This document shows positions 63,483 through 64,000 of a stretch of 64,000 nucleotides of DNA, piece after piece. The notes under the pieces are model-generated. The model was not told the origin of the DNA, did not search any database, and was given only the letters and a program-made list of their open reading frames with translations. This DNA comes from Minisyncoccota bacterium (GTDB taxonomy: Bacteria > Patescibacteriota > Minisyncoccia > Phycocordibacterales > SW-6-46-9), in assembly GCA_040905385.1 (NCBI GenBank), contig JBBDRP010000002.1, positions 395,526 through 459,525 on the forward strand, in the 5' to 3' direction. The stretch's first letter is position 1. Each line of letters opens with the position of its first letter. Both the position numbers and the translations under genes were made by a program.

Positions 63483-64000
63483 TTAAATCAAATTACCGCT
63501 TCTGTTTCGGATTTTTTTGTGTTTCGTTGACTCCTTATGCCGTTTATGTGTGTGCCGTGTCACCGTAGCCAGTACTTCTGATATCGTACCACCTACCCGG
63601 CCAGCTGCATCAGCCACTAAGGAATGACGGTCAAGCGCCGGGTGCGGATCAACATCCAGCACGTACAGCTCATTATCGGGTGTCTCCAGAATATCCACCC
63701 GAGCTATATCTCGCAGATGTAATGCACTAAAGACTGATTTGGAAAGCGCAATAACATCATCCGGTGTTGGCCCGGATGATAATGGTCGATGTGTGCTGTC
63801 ATCCTGGTCATACGCATTCGCAACATCATGGTTGTGCAGAAGTTCATACGCCGGAAATACGTACGGAGACTGCTCGCGGAATGACTGCATCACAACAGTG
63901 GCGTACAGGTTCCCTTTGTAGCTGTCAGACACAGTAACCGGTGACTCGAGTGACATACATCGATCCAACACCTCCAGAAGCTCACCTTCTGAACGAACCA
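63483..64000 (-). CDS. ddl: D-alanine--D-alanine ligase (C-terminal part; continues past the window end)
   Basis: ARVDILETPDNELYVLDVDPHPAL..SLVADAAGRVGGTISEVLATV parallels Ddl [36 protein letters not shown]; basic C-terminal tail. Confidence 0.6.
   Translation of the reverse strand, partial: VRSEGELLEVLDRCMSLESPVTVSDSYKGNLYATVVMQSFREQSPYVFPAYELLHNHDVANAYDQDDSTHRPLSSGPTPDDVIALSKSVFSALHLRDIARVDILETPDNELYVLDVDPHPALDRHSLVADAAGRVGGTISEVLATVTRHTHKRHKESTKHKKIRNRSGNLI

Overview
This 64-kb window reads as an almost gap-free stretch of bacterial chromosome, dominated by housekeeping genes. Coordinates of intergenic elements were hand-derived from the sequence and may be off by a base or two.

Housekeeping content on the + strand, in order: S41 tail-specific protease, L9 (rplI), [RNase R on the - strand], S16 (rpsP), a KH-domain protein, trmD, mnmA, an ATP-cone/Mrr-like nuclease, a Cas4-like nuclease, a short alkyltransferase (MGMT) domain protein, pcm, a family-4 uracil-DNA glycosylase (udg), pepF, alaS, the block infA-rpmJ-rpsM-rpsK-rpsD-rpoA-rplQ, rplM-rpsI, grpE-dnaK-dnaJ, glyS-trpS-aspS, scpA-scpB, a D-Ala-D-Ala carboxypeptidase, mraY-ftsW-murG, gltX, an M23 peptidase, a xerC/D-type recombinase and rpmA.

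A - strand block runs LOG-smc-rnc-nusB/Nudix-rpmF-(yceD-position gene)-rnhB. It is followed by dnaE and thrS on the + strand, then trhO flanked by two tRNA-Ala genes on the - strand, and a partial ddl.

Several features point to a reduced-genome, CPR/Patescibacteria-like or otherwise streamlined Gram-positive-type lineage (inference): the gene order, short aminoacyl-tRNA synthetases (AlaRS 593 aa; AspRS without the GAD insertion), a 758-aa SMC, an L32 lacking Zn cysteines, many small membrane proteins and the absence of biosynthetic genes.

No rRNA, CRISPR array or classical IS element is visible. The signals worth a second look are mostly short cis elements and gene-level oddities:
1. A duplicated about 110-bp operator-plus-promoter cassette drives two AT-rich cargo-like genes (a receiver-domain protein and an ankyrin-repeat protein).
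2. A near-identical 41-nt in-frame insert sits in both rpsP and udg.
3. A dispersed GAAAGTN heptamer tandem-repeat family occurs at gene ends and in-frame inside trmD and mnmA.
4. CCTARNNN octamer arrays abut the pcm and grpE start codons.
5. A structured tandem repeat family with covarying hairpins occurs at two loci.
6. Each tRNA-Ala is followed by a homologous about 150-nt tail that ends in a copy of the tRNA 3' terminus.
7. A 500-bp ORF-free purine-rich region upstream of the recombinase is a candidate structured ncRNA, possibly a divergent RNase P RNA.
8. nusB is fused to a Nudix domain.
9. An ATP-cone/Mrr-like nuclease sits in a nuclease and repair neighbourhood.
10. An AT-rich orphan gene lies in the yceD position with a perfect 29-bp tandem duplication upstream.
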